Of a DNA stretch of 64,000 bases, positions 1 to 10,097 are shown piece by piece (position 1 is the first letter of the stretch; each line of letters begins with the position of its first letter). The notes under the pieces were generated by a model. That model worked only from the letters and a program-made list of their open reading frames with translations, had not been told where the DNA came from and did no database searches. This DNA is from a bacterium UBP11_UBA4055 (GTDB lineage: Bacteria > UBA4055), in assembly GCA_002382735.1 (NCBI GenBank), contig DFZN01000071.1, forward strand, positions 55,542 through 119,541, read 5' to 3'. Both the position numbers and the translations under genes were made by a program.

Positions 1-2
1 GT

Positions 3-2447
3 GCAGACAGGACAGGTTATGAGATTGAGCCAGGATCAGAAACTGTTTGGCTGAACGGCAAAAAGCTCAGTAGGGGTTCTGAATATTATTTTGACAATCT
101 CAATGCCGAACTCTATTTTCTTGCAGGCACACCCGTCCATGACGGAGACAGGATCATGATTGATTTCAGATATTTTACAAGTGATTATAATAATATTACA
201 TACGGATTTGACACAAAAGCCCGCCTTAATGAAACAGGCATGAAAATCGGGTTCAATTATTATCAGACATCTGATATAAAGGATAAACCGGTTTCTTTTG
301 ATATGTCTGATGAAATAAAGGAGATGCTCCAGAATTCCGGATCTGAGTATATTCTGGCTTCAGGGGGTGTATTTACACCGGACGAGGGTGATTATGATCT
401 TATTGAGCCTGATTCGATATATGTTTACAGAGGCTCGGGAAACGGAGACTACACAGTAAGGTTCTCATATTTTGAAACGGGAGGCGAATACAAAATTGAT
501 TACGACAGTACCGGAACATCATTCTTTGTACATGATGCTGTCAACGGGGGCAATTATCTTCCTCTTATAAAGATAGAAGCTCCTAATTCATACTCAAGAA
601 TGCACCTGTCGGGCACTTTTCTATCAGAAAGGATATCTATTGAGAGCGAATTCGCGGCATCAGCTCTGAATAAAAATCTTTACAGCAGCAGTGAGACTGA
701 ATTCAACGGTCTCGGTGATAGACAGATGCTGTCTTTTTCTACAGGAAAGGGCAGATTGGGAGAGTTTAAGATAAATTTGAGCAGAAAATTTTATAATGAA
801 GAACTTGTCCTGCCGTCAAGGCTGAAAGAAGTCCTCGAAGATGAAGACATAGACGACAGTGATATGAACACAGGCGGGGACTATCTCAGGTACGGATTCG
901 GACTTGATCATAAGATCGGGAACGATATAGCGAACAACTACAGCATTTTCTATCTGGATAAAGGCGGATCTTTCTTTGAGAACGGACATAAGATCAGTTC
1001 ATACTTGAGAAAAAGAAATTATTATTACAAAGCCGACATCTCGTTTTATAAAGCTGAAAATGATTCAATAATAAAAGAAAAGAAGAGTTTGTTCTTCAAT
1101 CCCGGGTTTACAGGTAATTTGTGGAGTTTCGGGCCTTATCTTAGAGGAAGCACTTCTTCGAAAAATATTAACGGGATCAGTGATAAAGAGATATCTTCAA
1201 AGCTGGGAAATCATTCAGCTTATAATTCTTCGAACACTTTACTTTCACATGATTTTGAATATGGAAGGATAGGTTTAGAAAATAATGACCCCGTTGAGAG
1301 ATATACTAATACTGTAAAAGTCGAGAAGAGGTTAGGATCTGTAATGAGCACAGATGCGGTATGGACTAATGTAAAGGTCGATCGCGCAGATTCTTCAAAT
1401 GTCAATTACGACATGATCAACATCAGGCTGAATTACAACAAAGAAAGCAGATACAGAGTGTTTTGTGAATACGGAACCGAAATAACGAATTATTACCGGA
1501 AGATCAGAACATACTACAAAGTTGATGAAGGTACAGGGCAGTTCGTATTTGTTGATGGTGAATACTATCCTGATGATTTCGGAGATTTTTCATATTACAT
1601 AAACACGGCAGACGACCCGTCAGAAGCAGCCGGAGTCAGGTTGACAGCCAAATCGTTTTTTGATTTTCCCGACAGTGAAGACAGAAGTAATATTCTATAC
1701 TGGCTCTCAAGAATTGACATCGAACAGGATATTGAGATCGAAGAGAAGTCAGGAACAGACAAAACATCCGATGTGATATTTCTAAATTTAAGGACATTTC
1801 AAAATGATTCGACGATCACGGGGATAATAGATTCCCGCACAGGGTTATATTTGTTAAAAAACAGTAAATTCAGTGCGGATTATTCATTGCATTACAGAAA
1901 AAGTCTTTATCGCGAGTTCATGAATTATTCAGACAATTCGTTGATAAAAGAGCACTACATGTCTTTTAAGAGGATATTTGGAGATTTCACTCATAAGATA
2001 TCCGGAAAACTTGAAAGGAAAGAAAGATACAGCTTTACAGATATTAAGATGGATGATCTGTCGAATAATTATGCTTCTTACAACATCAGGCACAGCATCA
2101 GACCGGATCTGATATGGTCGGTTGAGATAGAATACGGGAGAGAGTATGAGGACATACGGGAGGTAACATCCAACAGCTACAGAATGTCGCCAGGGCTATC
2201 TGCAGGATTTTTCAAATACGGAATATTCAGAGCAGGCATAGATGTCATCAAAGTTGATTCATACCAGGAAATACCATTCTCAATGAATGCGGGATTAGGA
2301 AAGGGTATGAGCTACAAATGGCGATCAAACGCAGATTACAGATTCGGTAAGAGGGTATTGGGAAGTTTTTTATATTCGGGCAGATTCCTGTCATACGATA
2401 AAAAGCCTTTCCATGAACTTAGAATAGAATTCAGAATGGAACTTTGA
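3..2447 (+). CDS. 5'-truncated large secreted/outer-membrane-like protein (hypothetical); the ORF is open from the window edge
   Basis: Frame 3 has no stop codon from nt 3 to 2447, whereas the track ORF starts only at the internal ATG at 156, so the gene continues upstream of the window. Composition is Tyr/Asn/Gly/Asp/Ser-rich with alternating hydrophobic residues typical of beta-barrel/beta-rich surface proteins. No recognisable catalytic motif. Confidence 0.55.
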   Translation, partial: ADRTGYEIEPGSETVWLNGKKLSRGSEYYFDNLNAELYFLAGTPVHDGDRIMIDFRYFTSDYNNITYGFDTKARLNETGMKIGFNYYQTSDIKDKPVSFDMSDEIKEMLQNSGSEYILASGGVFTPDEGDYDLIEPDSIYVYRGSGNGDYTVRFSYFETGGEYKIDYDSTGTSFFVHDAVNGGNYLPLIKIEAPNSYSRMHLSGTFLSERISIESEFAASALNKNLYSSSETEFNGLGDRQMLSFSTGKGRLGEFKINLSRKFYNEELVLPSRLKEVLEDEDIDDSDMNTGGDYLRYGFGLDHKIGNDIANNYSIFYLDKGGSFFENGHKISSYLRKRNYYYKADISFYKAENDSIIKEKKSLFFNPGFTGNLWSFGPYLRGSTSSKNINGISDKEISSKLGNHSAYNSSNTLLSHDFEYGRIGLENNDPVERYTNTVKVEKRLGSVMSTDAVWTNVKVDRADSSNVNYDMINIRLNYNKESRYRVFCEYGTEITNYYRKIRTYYKVDEGTGQFVFVDGEYYPDDFGDFSYYINTADDPSEAAGVRLTAKSFFDFPDSEDRSNILYWLSRIDIEQDIEIEEKSGTDKTSDVIFLNLRTFQNDSTITGIIDSRTGLYLLKNSKFSADYSLHYRKSLYREFMNYSDNSLIKEHYMSFKRIFGDFTHKISGKLERKERYSFTDIKMDDLSNNYASYNIRHSIRPDLIWSVEIEYGREYEDIREVTSNSYRMSPGLSAGFFKYGIFRAGIDVIKVDSYQEIPFSMNAGLGKGMSYKWRSNADYRFGKRVLGSFLYSGRFLSYDKKPFHELRIEFRMEL

Positions 2448-2524
2448 TATATATTTCCTGAGAAAAATTACTTGAATTTATGTGTTCGGGGATTTATATT
2501 TATGCCAAATCGAAGGAGAAACCG

Positions 2525-3646
2525 ATGAAAATAAAATTTACCGTAGTATCAGCAGTTTTCCTGATCATAATTATAATAGGCTGCTCCAAAGAGAAAAAAA
2601 AGCATTCATTTGAACTGATCGACGGAATAGAATTTCATAAAAACTCCGGTGAGCCGGGAGGTATTTACAGGCCTCAGGCAGATTTATTATTCGAAATTAA
2701 CGGGCCCCAGAATGTTCCTGATTCAATGAAGGGCTTTGGCATGATAGCTCAGGTTATTACTGATTTTAATGAAAATATATACATACTTGACGGAAAGCAC
2801 GCAGTCATCAAAAAATACAACAGCAGCGGAGAATTCGATAAATATTTTCCCGAGCAAAGCAGTATAGATGTCAGCCAATTCAAAGCTCCTACTCAATTTG
2901 CCGCCCTGTATGATACACTTCTTATTTTTGACCAGGGATCCAACAAACTTGTCAGATATCTTTCTAACGGGCAGTTTATTAATAGCCAGTTCCTCATGTC
3001 CGGCTTCAAACCGGTTTATATGATGTCTGATTCAAAAACAAACCTTTCATCTTTCGTTTGGAAAAGGGCTTTGATCGATTCAGTAGATTATATGACAAAT
3101 GACCTGTGTCTTTTGAATGACAGATTTAAAGTGAGCAAGGTCATAAAAGAGATATGTTTTCCGATTGATAAACTCTCCGCTGCCGACCTTTTCACAACTT
3201 ACGCATTAAGGGACGGAATGTTCTATATAGCTGAAAATAAGGGATCGGATTACAAAATATATGCAATAAACAGCAGATCGAACATCAAACAGATAATTGA
3301 AAAGGATTTCACTCCTGTCAAATATAATGAATACGAACTTAACGCACTGAATGATTTCTTAACATCTGCAGGTTTCAATGCTCTTGATACACGGATCCGG
3401 CACTATAAGAAGGCTATAAATTCAATTCATGTTGACAAAAAAAATAAATTGTGGATAAACTCACCCGCTGAGAGAACATCTCAAAATCAGGACTCGCTTT
3501 ATGTTGACATTTTCGAAAAAGGTGCTTTTATAAACACGACAGTCCTTGACTTTGTGAAATCCGGTGAGACTTTCAGCCTTCTCGGAAACAGGATATATGT
3601 CATTGCAGAAGACAGAAGATCTCTTCGTGTTTATGATTATGAATAA
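2525..3646 (+). CDS. lipoprotein with repeated beta-propeller-like segments (hypothetical)
   Basis: The ATG at 2525 is preceded by GGAGAA. The N-terminus MKIKFTVVSAVFLIIIIIGCSKE is a signal peptide plus lipobox (IIGC). Repeated 'IYILD/IYVIA'-type strands suggest an NHL/TolB-like propeller. The track ORF starts earlier, at 2480. Confidence 0.55.
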   Translation: MKIKFTVVSAVFLIIIIIGCSKEKKKHSFELIDGIEFHKNSGEPGGIYRPQADLLFEINGPQNVPDSMKGFGMIAQVITDFNENIYILDGKHAVIKKYNSSGEFDKYFPEQSSIDVSQFKAPTQFAALYDTLLIFDQGSNKLVRYLSNGQFINSQFLMSGFKPVYMMSDSKTNLSSFVWKRALIDSVDYMTNDLCLLNDRFKVSKVIKEICFPIDKLSAADLFTTYALRDGMFYIAENKGSDYKIYAINSRSNIKQIIEKDFTPVKYNEYELNALNDFLTSAGFNALDTRIRHYKKAINSIHVDKKNKLWINSPAERTSQNQDSLYVDIFEKGAFINTTVLDFVKSGETFSLLGNRIYVIAEDRRSLRVYDYE

Positions 3647-3663
3647 TAAACTTACTGATCATT

Positions 3664-4146
3664 TTATTTCTTATATCTGATCATTCTCAAGAAATCGTAC
3701 CGCCATTTTTTGTCTTCATTTGTTTCAATCCCGGCCGGTTTTGAGCCGTCAATTACTCCAAGTATGCCGCGTCCCCGTTCTGTTGACACAACAATAACTT
3801 CGACAGGATTGGCTGTGGCGCAGAAAATATTGCATACTTCCGGTACATCCTTTACCCTTCCCATCAGGTTTATCGGGAAAGCGTCTTTCAAAACGATAAT
3901 GAACGAATGTCCGCACGAAAGGCTGAATGCGTTTTCTGTAGCTGTCTTCTCAAGCTCTTCATCGTTCCCGTCGAATCTGATCAGACATTTTCCGGAGGCC
4001 TCGCAGAACGCGATTCCGAATTTTACTCCCGGAACAGTATTGACGACAGCTTCATAGATGTCTTCGACGGTCTTGATAAAATGAGCCTGCCCCAGTATTA
4101 TATTGCAGCCTTCCGGGGTATTTATTTTTACGATTTCAAGGTTCAT
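3664..4146 (-). CDS. conserved hypothetical cytoplasmic protein (weak resemblance to adenosine-specific kinase/DUF355-like small proteins; tentative)
   Basis: A 160-aa ORF with no signal peptide and compact globular composition. The family assignment is from memory only and is uncertain. Confidence 0.45.
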   Translation of the reverse strand: MNLEIVKINTPEGCNIILGQAHFIKTVEDIYEAVVNTVPGVKFGIAFCEASGKCLIRFDGNDEELEKTATENAFSLSCGHSFIIVLKDAFPINLMGRVKDVPEVCNIFCATANPVEVIVVSTERGRGILGVIDGSKPAGIETNEDKKWRYDFLRMIRYKK

Positions 4147-4160
4147 AATGAAACTCCTTA

Positions 4161-4658
4161 TTACCAGTTAGAACTTAAAGCCAGAACGATCTTTTCGGAG
4201 ATCCTTTCAATAAGTATATCGAAAGCTGTTCTTCTCTCTTCGTCTCCGCCTGAAGCCATGAAATATTCGCTGTCGGATATTCTCTGTCTATTGACAATGT
4301 ATTCGTCGGTTCCGTTATTGAAGAAACTGATCTCGACAGTGAGAGATATTACCATCTGGTCAATATTTTCATCTCTTGTTTGAGAAGATGCGTTTTCTGA
4401 ATACGAGATCACAGTTCCATAGATCTTCGCATCAGCGTCAGACAGGTTCTCAAGATCGAAATAATTATAATTTTCTATCTGCTTTATAATGCTTTCGTTC
4501 AGGATCTCAGGCAGGCTGAGATCGTATCTTCCCGAATAGTCCTCGAATATCAGAAGCTGGGCATTTTTTACATTGGAGGGAATACTTTTACCTGAGAACG
4601 AATAATTTCCGCATGAAATTAAAAAGAGAAAAGCTGCGATACTGATCAGATATTTCAT
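4161..4658 (-). CDS. small lipoprotein (LptE-like size; hypothetical)
   Basis: [21 protein letters not shown] is a signal peptide plus lipobox (LISC). The gene overlaps the upstream sigma-54 activator gene stop by 4 nt, so it is probably co-transcribed. Confidence 0.55.
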   Translation of the reverse strand: MKYLISIAAFLFLISCGNYSFSGKSIPSNVKNAQLLIFEDYSGRYDLSLPEILNESIIKQIENYNYFDLENLSDADAKIYGTVISYSENASSQTRDENIDQMVISLTVEISFFNNGTDEYIVNRQRISDSEYFMASGGDEERRTAFDILIERISEKIVLALSSNW

Positions 4659-5800
4659 AATTCGATCCCGTATTTTTCTATCTTTCTGTAAAGAGTTCGT
4701 TCACTTATATTCAGTTCTTCGGCGGCTCTTCTTCTGTTCCCGCGGTGTTTTTTGAGCGTCAGCAGTATCTCATCCTTCTCAGAAAGTTCCTCTGTAGGTA
4801 CGATCTCTCTTTCAGATGTGAGTATGTCTTTTACATTGCTCCCGTAAACGGGCGGAGCATCTTTGTCGGAATATATATCGATAATGAATTTTTTTATAAT
4901 ATTAAGATCGCTTTTTATTTCAAGCAGAGTCCTGAAAATAAGATCAGTGTCCCTTTTAGGTTCATCCTGAATGATCATAGGCAGGTATGAGGCTGTATTC
5001 TCAGTCTTAAGATACTTACGGATGATCTCACCTGTGACAGTTTTACCTGTTTCCATTACAGTCAGCATATCGATGAAATTCTTTAGTTCCCTTATATTTC
5101 CTTTCCAGTGGTGATTCATCATCTCGGAGAGCGCATCTTTATCAAAAATCAGCTGGCTTCTGTTGTATTTTTGTGCCGAATCTGAAGAGAACTTCATCAC
5201 GAAAACCGGAATGTCGGCAAGTCTTTCTTTAAGCGAGGGAAGCTGTAGTGTAACAGCTTTAAGTCTGAAGAAAAGATCCTCGCGGAATGTGCCTTTTGCA
5301 ACCATTTTAGGCAGGTTCTTATTAGTAGCGGTTATAACTCTCGCATCAACTTTCACATTGGAGGAGCCTCCAACTTTCATGAATGTTCCGTTCTCGAGAA
5401 CCCTCAGCAGTTTGACCTGACTTGCCAGTGGGAGTTCACCTATCTCATCAAGAAAGATAGTTCCTTTATCCGCCATCTCAAAATATCCTTTTGATTTGTC
5501 GGTGGCGCTGGTGTACGATCCTTTCTCATGTCCGAAAAGTTCGTTTTCAATCAGGCCTTCAGGTATCGCTCCGCAGTTTATCGGGATGAATTTGTTATTT
5601 TTTCTTTCACTCAGGTCGTGAATAAGCTGCGCAAAGACCTCTTTCCCCGTACCGCTTTCACCAGAAATCAAAACCGACAGATTGGTCGGAGCTACTGTCT
5701 TCGCGATAGCGACCACCTCTGAAATTTTCTCAGAATATCCGATTATGTTATGTTCTCTGAAATTCGGTCCCAGTTCGATTCCGAGCTGTTTTATACTCAT
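4655..5800 (-). CDS. sigma-54-type enhancer-binding protein (AAA+ sigma-54 interaction domain + C-terminal Fis-type HTH), with no N-terminal sensory/receiver domain
   Basis: Walker A is GESGTGKE, Walker B is IFLDEIGE and the arginine-finger region is GNIRELKNF. The C-terminal HTH is RRAAEELNISERTLYRKI. The GAFTGA loop is degenerate (ELFGHEKGSYTSA). Confidence 0.85.
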   Translation of the reverse strand: MSIKQLGIELGPNFREHNIIGYSEKISEVVAIAKTVAPTNLSVLISGESGTGKEVFAQLIHDLSERKNNKFIPINCGAIPEGLIENELFGHEKGSYTSATDKSKGYFEMADKGTIFLDEIGELPLASQVKLLRVLENGTFMKVGGSSNVKVDARVITATNKNLPKMVAKGTFREDLFFRLKAVTLQLPSLKERLADIPVFVMKFSSDSAQKYNRSQLIFDKDALSEMMNHHWKGNIRELKNFIDMLTVMETGKTVTGEIIRKYLKTENTASYLPMIIQDEPKRDTDLIFRTLLEIKSDLNIIKKFIIDIYSDKDAPPVYGSNVKDILTSEREIVPTEELSEKDEILLTLKKHRGNRRRAAEELNISERTLYRKIEKYGIEL

Positions 5801-6040
5801 AACGTTCCCATGGCATTTAAGTTAACAAGGAACATAATATAACAAATCGGTCAGCATTCTTCAAGTGTTCAGTTGAGTATTTCATGATAAAAATAAAAAA
5901 TCGTCGTTAATAATCAATTTAGTTGTTGATTTTGCCGAAAATATGTTTTAACATACTATACCCAATCAAAAAAATTGGAGAGAGGGCGGTTTGATCCGTA
6001 CAGAAAAAATAAACAGGGAAACGCAAATCAGGAGAGGCGA

Positions 6041-6409
6041 ATGAAAATCTATGTGGGAAATCTGTCTTACAACACGACCGATGACGATCTTAAAGATGCA
6101 TTTGAGAAATTCGGTACCGTAGAATCGGCAGTGGTAGTTAAAGACAAGATCGACGGGAGATCTAAAGGATTCGGTTTCGTTGAGATGTCATCTGAATCCG
6201 AAGCTAAAGAAGCCATTGACGGTATGGACGGTCAGGAATTGAACGGCAGAGCTGTGAAAGTTAACGAATCCAAACCCAGACCGGAAGGCGACAGGGGATT
6301 TAGACCTCCGAGAAGCAATTTCGGCGGTAACAGAGGCGGAAGAGGCGGAGACAGTAACAGAGGCGGATTTGGCGGAGCCAACAGAGGCGGAAGAGGCGGA
6401 GACAGATAA
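6041..6409 (+). CDS. RRM-type RNA-binding protein with RGG/Gly-rich C-terminal tail
   Basis: RNP1/RNP2 motifs are KIYVGNLSY and KGFGFVEM. The tail is GGNRGGRGGDSNRGGFGGANRGGRGG. A GGAGAGG RBS lies before the ATG at 6041. The track ORF starts earlier, at 5975. Confidence 0.85.
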   Translation: MKIYVGNLSYNTTDDDLKDAFEKFGTVESAVVVKDKIDGRSKGFGFVEMSSESEAKEAIDGMDGQELNGRAVKVNESKPRPEGDRGFRPPRSNFGGNRGGRGGDSNRGGFGGANRGGRGGDR

Positions 6410-6436
6410 TCCCCGTTTGAAAATATTTTTTTAAAA

Positions 6437-6464
6437 AAATTAGGCGCTCCGTGCGCCTAATTTT
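6437..6464 (+). terminator. rho-independent terminator hairpin after the RRM gene
   Basis: AAATTAGGCGC-tccgt-GCGCCTAATTT is a perfect 11-bp stem with a 5-nt loop. It is flanked by an A-run and a T-run, so it may act bidirectionally. Confidence 0.75.
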
Positions 6465-6487
6465 ATAATATAAATCTGGAATAAAAA

Positions 6488-8095
6488 ATGCTAAGGATCA
6501 CTGATGTTATTTTAAAGACCGATCATTCTGCAGATGAGATAGGAACTGCAGTTTTGAAGAGGCTAAGGATCGTTAAAAAAAGATTGCTGTCAACTAAGGT
6601 AGTGAAGAGAAGTTATGACGCAAGAAATAAAGAGAATATACTGTTCGTTTATACTTTAGATGTAGAGATAGAAAATGAGAAAGAGATCCTTGATAAGATC
6701 AAAACTTACAAAAAAATAAGCCTTGCGCCTGATACTGAATACCGGTTCAAAGCTAAAGCAAATTCACAGAATTTCAAAAGACCTGTAGTGATCGGTTCAG
6801 GGCCGTGCGGGCTGTTCTGTGCTCTGATACTTGCACAGGCAGGTTTTCGACCTCTTATAATTGAAAGAGGTAAACCCGTCAAGGAAAGGAGCGCGGACAC
6901 ATTCGGATTCTGGCGGGGCGGTCATTTCGATCCCGCATCGAACATCCAGTTCGGCGAAGGCGGCGCCGGTACATTTTCCGACGGCAAGCTCAACACGCAG
7001 ATAAGGGATACGGAAAATTACAGGATAAAAGTTCTAAATGAGCTTGCATCGGCAGGCGCGCCTGACGAGATCAGGTTCGTTTCAAAGCCGCACATCGGGA
7101 CTTTCCGCCTCGTGAAGGTGGTAGAGAACATCCGGAACAAGATAATTGAGCTCGGCGGCGAGTATCTCTTTGAAACTCAGGTAACGGACCTGATGTCGGA
7201 AAACGGCGAAGTTACGGGACTTGTCCTGAGCAACGGCGGTACAATCGGGACGGACAGTGCCGTCCTCGCGATTGGCCACAGCGCCCGGGACACATTTGAA
7301 ATGCTCCTGAACAGAGGCGTGACGATGGAACCCAAGCCGTTCTCGGTCGGGTTCAGGATAGAGCACCCGCAGGAGCTGATAGACAGGGCGCGGCTGGGGA
7401 AATACGCGGGCGATGACAGGTTCGGAGCCGCGGATTATAAACTCGTACATCACTGTTCGAACGGCAGGAGCGTTTACACTTTCTGCATGTGCCCGGGCGG
7501 AAGGGTGGTCGCCGCCACTTCGGAAGAAGGCTGCGTAGTCACGAACGGCATGAGCCAGTACCAGCGTAACGATGTGAACGCCAACAGTGCGATCGTAGTA
7601 GGGGTGAAGCCGTCCGATTTTTTCACGGGAGTGCCGGGCGGCGTCGAATTCCAGAGGGATATTGAAAGAAAAACATTTCTGCTCGGCGGGGGAGATTACA
7701 AAGCTCCGACCCAGCTTGTCGGCGACTTTTTGAAAGGTGTTCCTTCAGCTTCTCAGGGCACCGTCAAACCTTCATATCAGCCCGGAGTGAAATGGACAGA
7801 ACTTTCATCGTTACTGCCTGAGTTCGCGATAAATGCGATCAGAGAAGCGATCCCTGAATTCGCAAAGCAGATAAAAGGTTTTGATATGTACGATGCTGTT
7901 CTCACGGGATCCGAGACCAGAACTTCCTCGCCTGTAAGGATCGTCAGGGGAGATGACTTCCAGAGCGTCAGCGTAAGGGGGCTGTTCCCGGGCGGAGAAG
8001 GAGCAGGTTATGCGGGAGGGATAATGTCTGCCTCGATCGACGGTATAAAGATCGCCGAGGCTGTTTCGCTTCGTATAGTAAACGGGGACAGGTAA
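6488..8095 (+). CDS. FAD-dependent dehydrogenase of the COG2509 'FAD-dependent protein' family
   Basis: The dinucleotide-binding motif is VVIGSGPCGLFCALILAQAG at about aa 100. Length (535 aa) and overall layout are typical of COG2509. Confidence 0.7.
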   Translation: MLRITDVILKTDHSADEIGTAVLKRLRIVKKRLLSTKVVKRSYDARNKENILFVYTLDVEIENEKEILDKIKTYKKISLAPDTEYRFKAKANSQNFKRPVVIGSGPCGLFCALILAQAGFRPLIIERGKPVKERSADTFGFWRGGHFDPASNIQFGEGGAGTFSDGKLNTQIRDTENYRIKVLNELASAGAPDEIRFVSKPHIGTFRLVKVVENIRNKIIELGGEYLFETQVTDLMSENGEVTGLVLSNGGTIGTDSAVLAIGHSARDTFEMLLNRGVTMEPKPFSVGFRIEHPQELIDRARLGKYAGDDRFGAADYKLVHHCSNGRSVYTFCMCPGGRVVAATSEEGCVVTNGMSQYQRNDVNANSAIVVGVKPSDFFTGVPGGVEFQRDIERKTFLLGGGDYKAPTQLVGDFLKGVPSASQGTVKPSYQPGVKWTELSSLLPEFAINAIREAIPEFAKQIKGFDMYDAVLTGSETRTSSPVRIVRGDDFQSVSVRGLFPGGEGAGYAGGIMSASIDGIKIAEAVSLRIVNGDR

Positions 8096-8659
8096 ATGGA
8101 ATACAGAATAATCAAACCTGACGAATACAGAACAATGCCGTGGAAGAACGGAAAGGGTATGACGACCGAACTTTTTGTCAAGAACTGTTCTGATTCGGAC
8201 AAATACATTTACAGGCTGAGCATAGCGGGAGTTACCGAGAACGGTCAGTTCTCCGACTTTTCAGGTTACGACAGAAAGCTTATTATGCTCGAAGGCAACG
8301 GGGTCAGGCTTAAACATTCTGACGGGAAAAGCAGCAGCATCTTAACTACTTCTGATATAGCAGAATTTTCCGGAGATGAAGAGACTCATGCAGAGCTTGT
8401 AAACGGACCGATAAGAGATTTCAATGTCATGACTTTAAGAAAGAAGTGCAGCTCTTCTGTAGAAGTTATTCACGGCACAAAAAAATTAAGCTGTATCTGC
8501 GATGAGCTTCTGATCTACGCAAAGTCATGCAGTAAAATCGATTTTTTGAACAAAGAACTGACTCTGGAAAGTGATAATCTGTTTTGTTTCCAAGATCCCG
8601 GTCAGTCAGAAATTTCTGTATCCGGTTCTGTGATCGTCTCCGGTATTAAATACAACTAA
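8096..8659 (+). CDS. hutD: HutD/Ves family protein
   Basis: A 187-aa protein whose N-terminal sequence ([21 protein letters not shown]) matches the HutD/Ves family signature. The start overlaps the upstream stop (TAAATGG). Confidence 0.55.
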   Translation: MEYRIIKPDEYRTMPWKNGKGMTTELFVKNCSDSDKYIYRLSIAGVTENGQFSDFSGYDRKLIMLEGNGVRLKHSDGKSSSILTTSDIAEFSGDEETHAELVNGPIRDFNVMTLRKKCSSSVEVIHGTKKLSCICDELLIYAKSCSKIDFLNKELTLESDNLFCFQDPGQSEISVSGSVIVSGIKYN

Positions 8660-10083
8660 TACCTGTAGTGCTCGGGTTTATACGGGCCCTCAAGCGCAAC
8701 GCCGATGTAATCAGCCTGATCTTTTGTCATTTTTGTCAGTTTTACTCCGATCTTTTCAAGATGCAGTCTCGCCACTTCCTCGTCAGCTTTCTTTGAAAGC
8801 CTGTAAACTCCGATCTTATACTTTTTACGGTTCGCCCACAGATCAAGCTGGGCAAGCACCTGATTCGAGAATGAATTGCTCATAACGAACGAAGGGTGTC
8901 CGGTCGCGCACCCGAGGTTCACGAGCCTGCCTTCAGCAAGAAGGAATATCTCATGATTGTCCTTGAAAGTATATTTATCGACCTGAGGCTTAATATTTGT
9001 TTTCTTTTTAAGCTCTTTGCATTTTTCAAGCTTTTCAACCTCAATCTCATTGTCGAAATGGCCGATGTTGCATACGATAGCCTGATCTTTCATCTTAAGA
9101 ATATGCTCTATCCTTATAACATCCTTGTTGCCTGTGGTCGTTACATAAATGTCCGCTCTGCCGAGTGTGTCCTCGACCGTCGTAACTTCATAGCCTTCCA
9201 TTGATGCCTGAAGCGCGCAGATCGGGTCTATCTCGGTCACTATAACTCTTGCGCCGTAGTTCCTCAAAGATCTCGCCGAGCCTTTTCCGACATCTCCGTA
9301 TCCGCAGACTACAGCTACTTTGCCCGCAAGCATTACATCGGTGGCTCTCTTGATACCGTCAGGCAGTGATTCTCTGCATCCGTACAGGTTGTCGAACTTG
9401 GATTTAGTCACTGAATCGTTCACATTAATAGCCGGTATTAAAAGCTCGCCTTTTTCGAACATTTTGTACAACCTGTGAACGCCCGTAGTCGTCTCTTCTG
9501 AAACGCCTTTGAGCTCTTTGGCGCATCTGTGCCATTTATCCTTATCTTCTTCATACATCAGCTTTAGAGATCTCAACAAAGCCTTACCGTCAGAGCTTGA
9601 ATCCTTAATATTGAAAAGTTTCGGGTCTTTCTCGGCATAGTATCCTTTCTGGAACATTAGAGTTGCATCGCCGCCGTCATCAACTATAAGTTGCGGACCT
9701 TTTCCTCCGGGGAACGACATTGCCTGTGCAGTACACCACCAGAACTCGTCTAAGGTTTCGCCTTTCCAGGCAAAAACAGGCACTCCGGCTTTTGCTATGG
9801 CCGCAGCGGCGTGATCCTGAGTTGAAAAAATGTTGCAGCTTGACCACCTGACATCTGCGCCGAGGTCAACAAGGGTCTCGATTAGAACCGCAGTCTGGAT
9901 CGTCATGTGCAGTGAGCCTGTTATCCTGACATTCTTAAGAGGTCGTTCCGGCGCATACTTTTTTCTGATAGACATAAGCCCGGGCATTTCTTTTTCGGCT
10001 ATCTCGATCTCTTTTCTGCCGAAATCCGCCAGCTTAATATCCTTAACTTTGTAAGGCATTTTTTCATCGATGTATTTTTTCAT
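8656..10083 (-). CDS. ahcY: adenosylhomocysteinase (S-adenosyl-L-homocysteine hydrolase)
   Basis: A 475-aa protein with an NAD-binding Rossmann motif ([15 protein letters not shown]) and conserved SAHH blocks ([47 protein letters not shown]). Confidence 0.95.
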   Translation of the reverse strand: MKKYIDEKMPYKVKDIKLADFGRKEIEIAEKEMPGLMSIRKKYAPERPLKNVRITGSLHMTIQTAVLIETLVDLGADVRWSSCNIFSTQDHAAAAIAKAGVPVFAWKGETLDEFWWCTAQAMSFPGGKGPQLIVDDGGDATLMFQKGYYAEKDPKLFNIKDSSSDGKALLRSLKLMYEEDKDKWHRCAKELKGVSEETTTGVHRLYKMFEKGELLIPAINVNDSVTKSKFDNLYGCRESLPDGIKRATDVMLAGKVAVVCGYGDVGKGSARSLRNYGARVIVTEIDPICALQASMEGYEVTTVEDTLGRADIYVTTTGNKDVIRIEHILKMKDQAIVCNIGHFDNEIEVEKLEKCKELKKKTNIKPQVDKYTFKDNHEIFLLAEGRLVNLGCATGHPSFVMSNSFSNQVLAQLDLWANRKKYKIGVYRLSKKADEEVARLHLEKIGVKLTKMTKDQADYIGVALEGPYKPEHYRY

Positions 10084-10097
10084 GCTGTCTCCAATAA

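Noticed and set aside
3710-4383. + strand ORFs 3710-4057 and 3907-4383, antisense to the 160-aa protein and lipoprotein genes
   Set aside because: They overlap better-supported minus-strand genes (a lipobox signal peptide and compact globular ORFs). They have no RBS, so I treated them as antisense artefacts.
5801-5840. A possible sigma-54 (-24/-12) promoter, tggcatttaagttaaca, upstream of the EBP gene
   Set aside because: The spacing does not give GG-N10-GC and there is no TTGCW-like -12 element. In addition it is on the wrong strand for the EBP gene.
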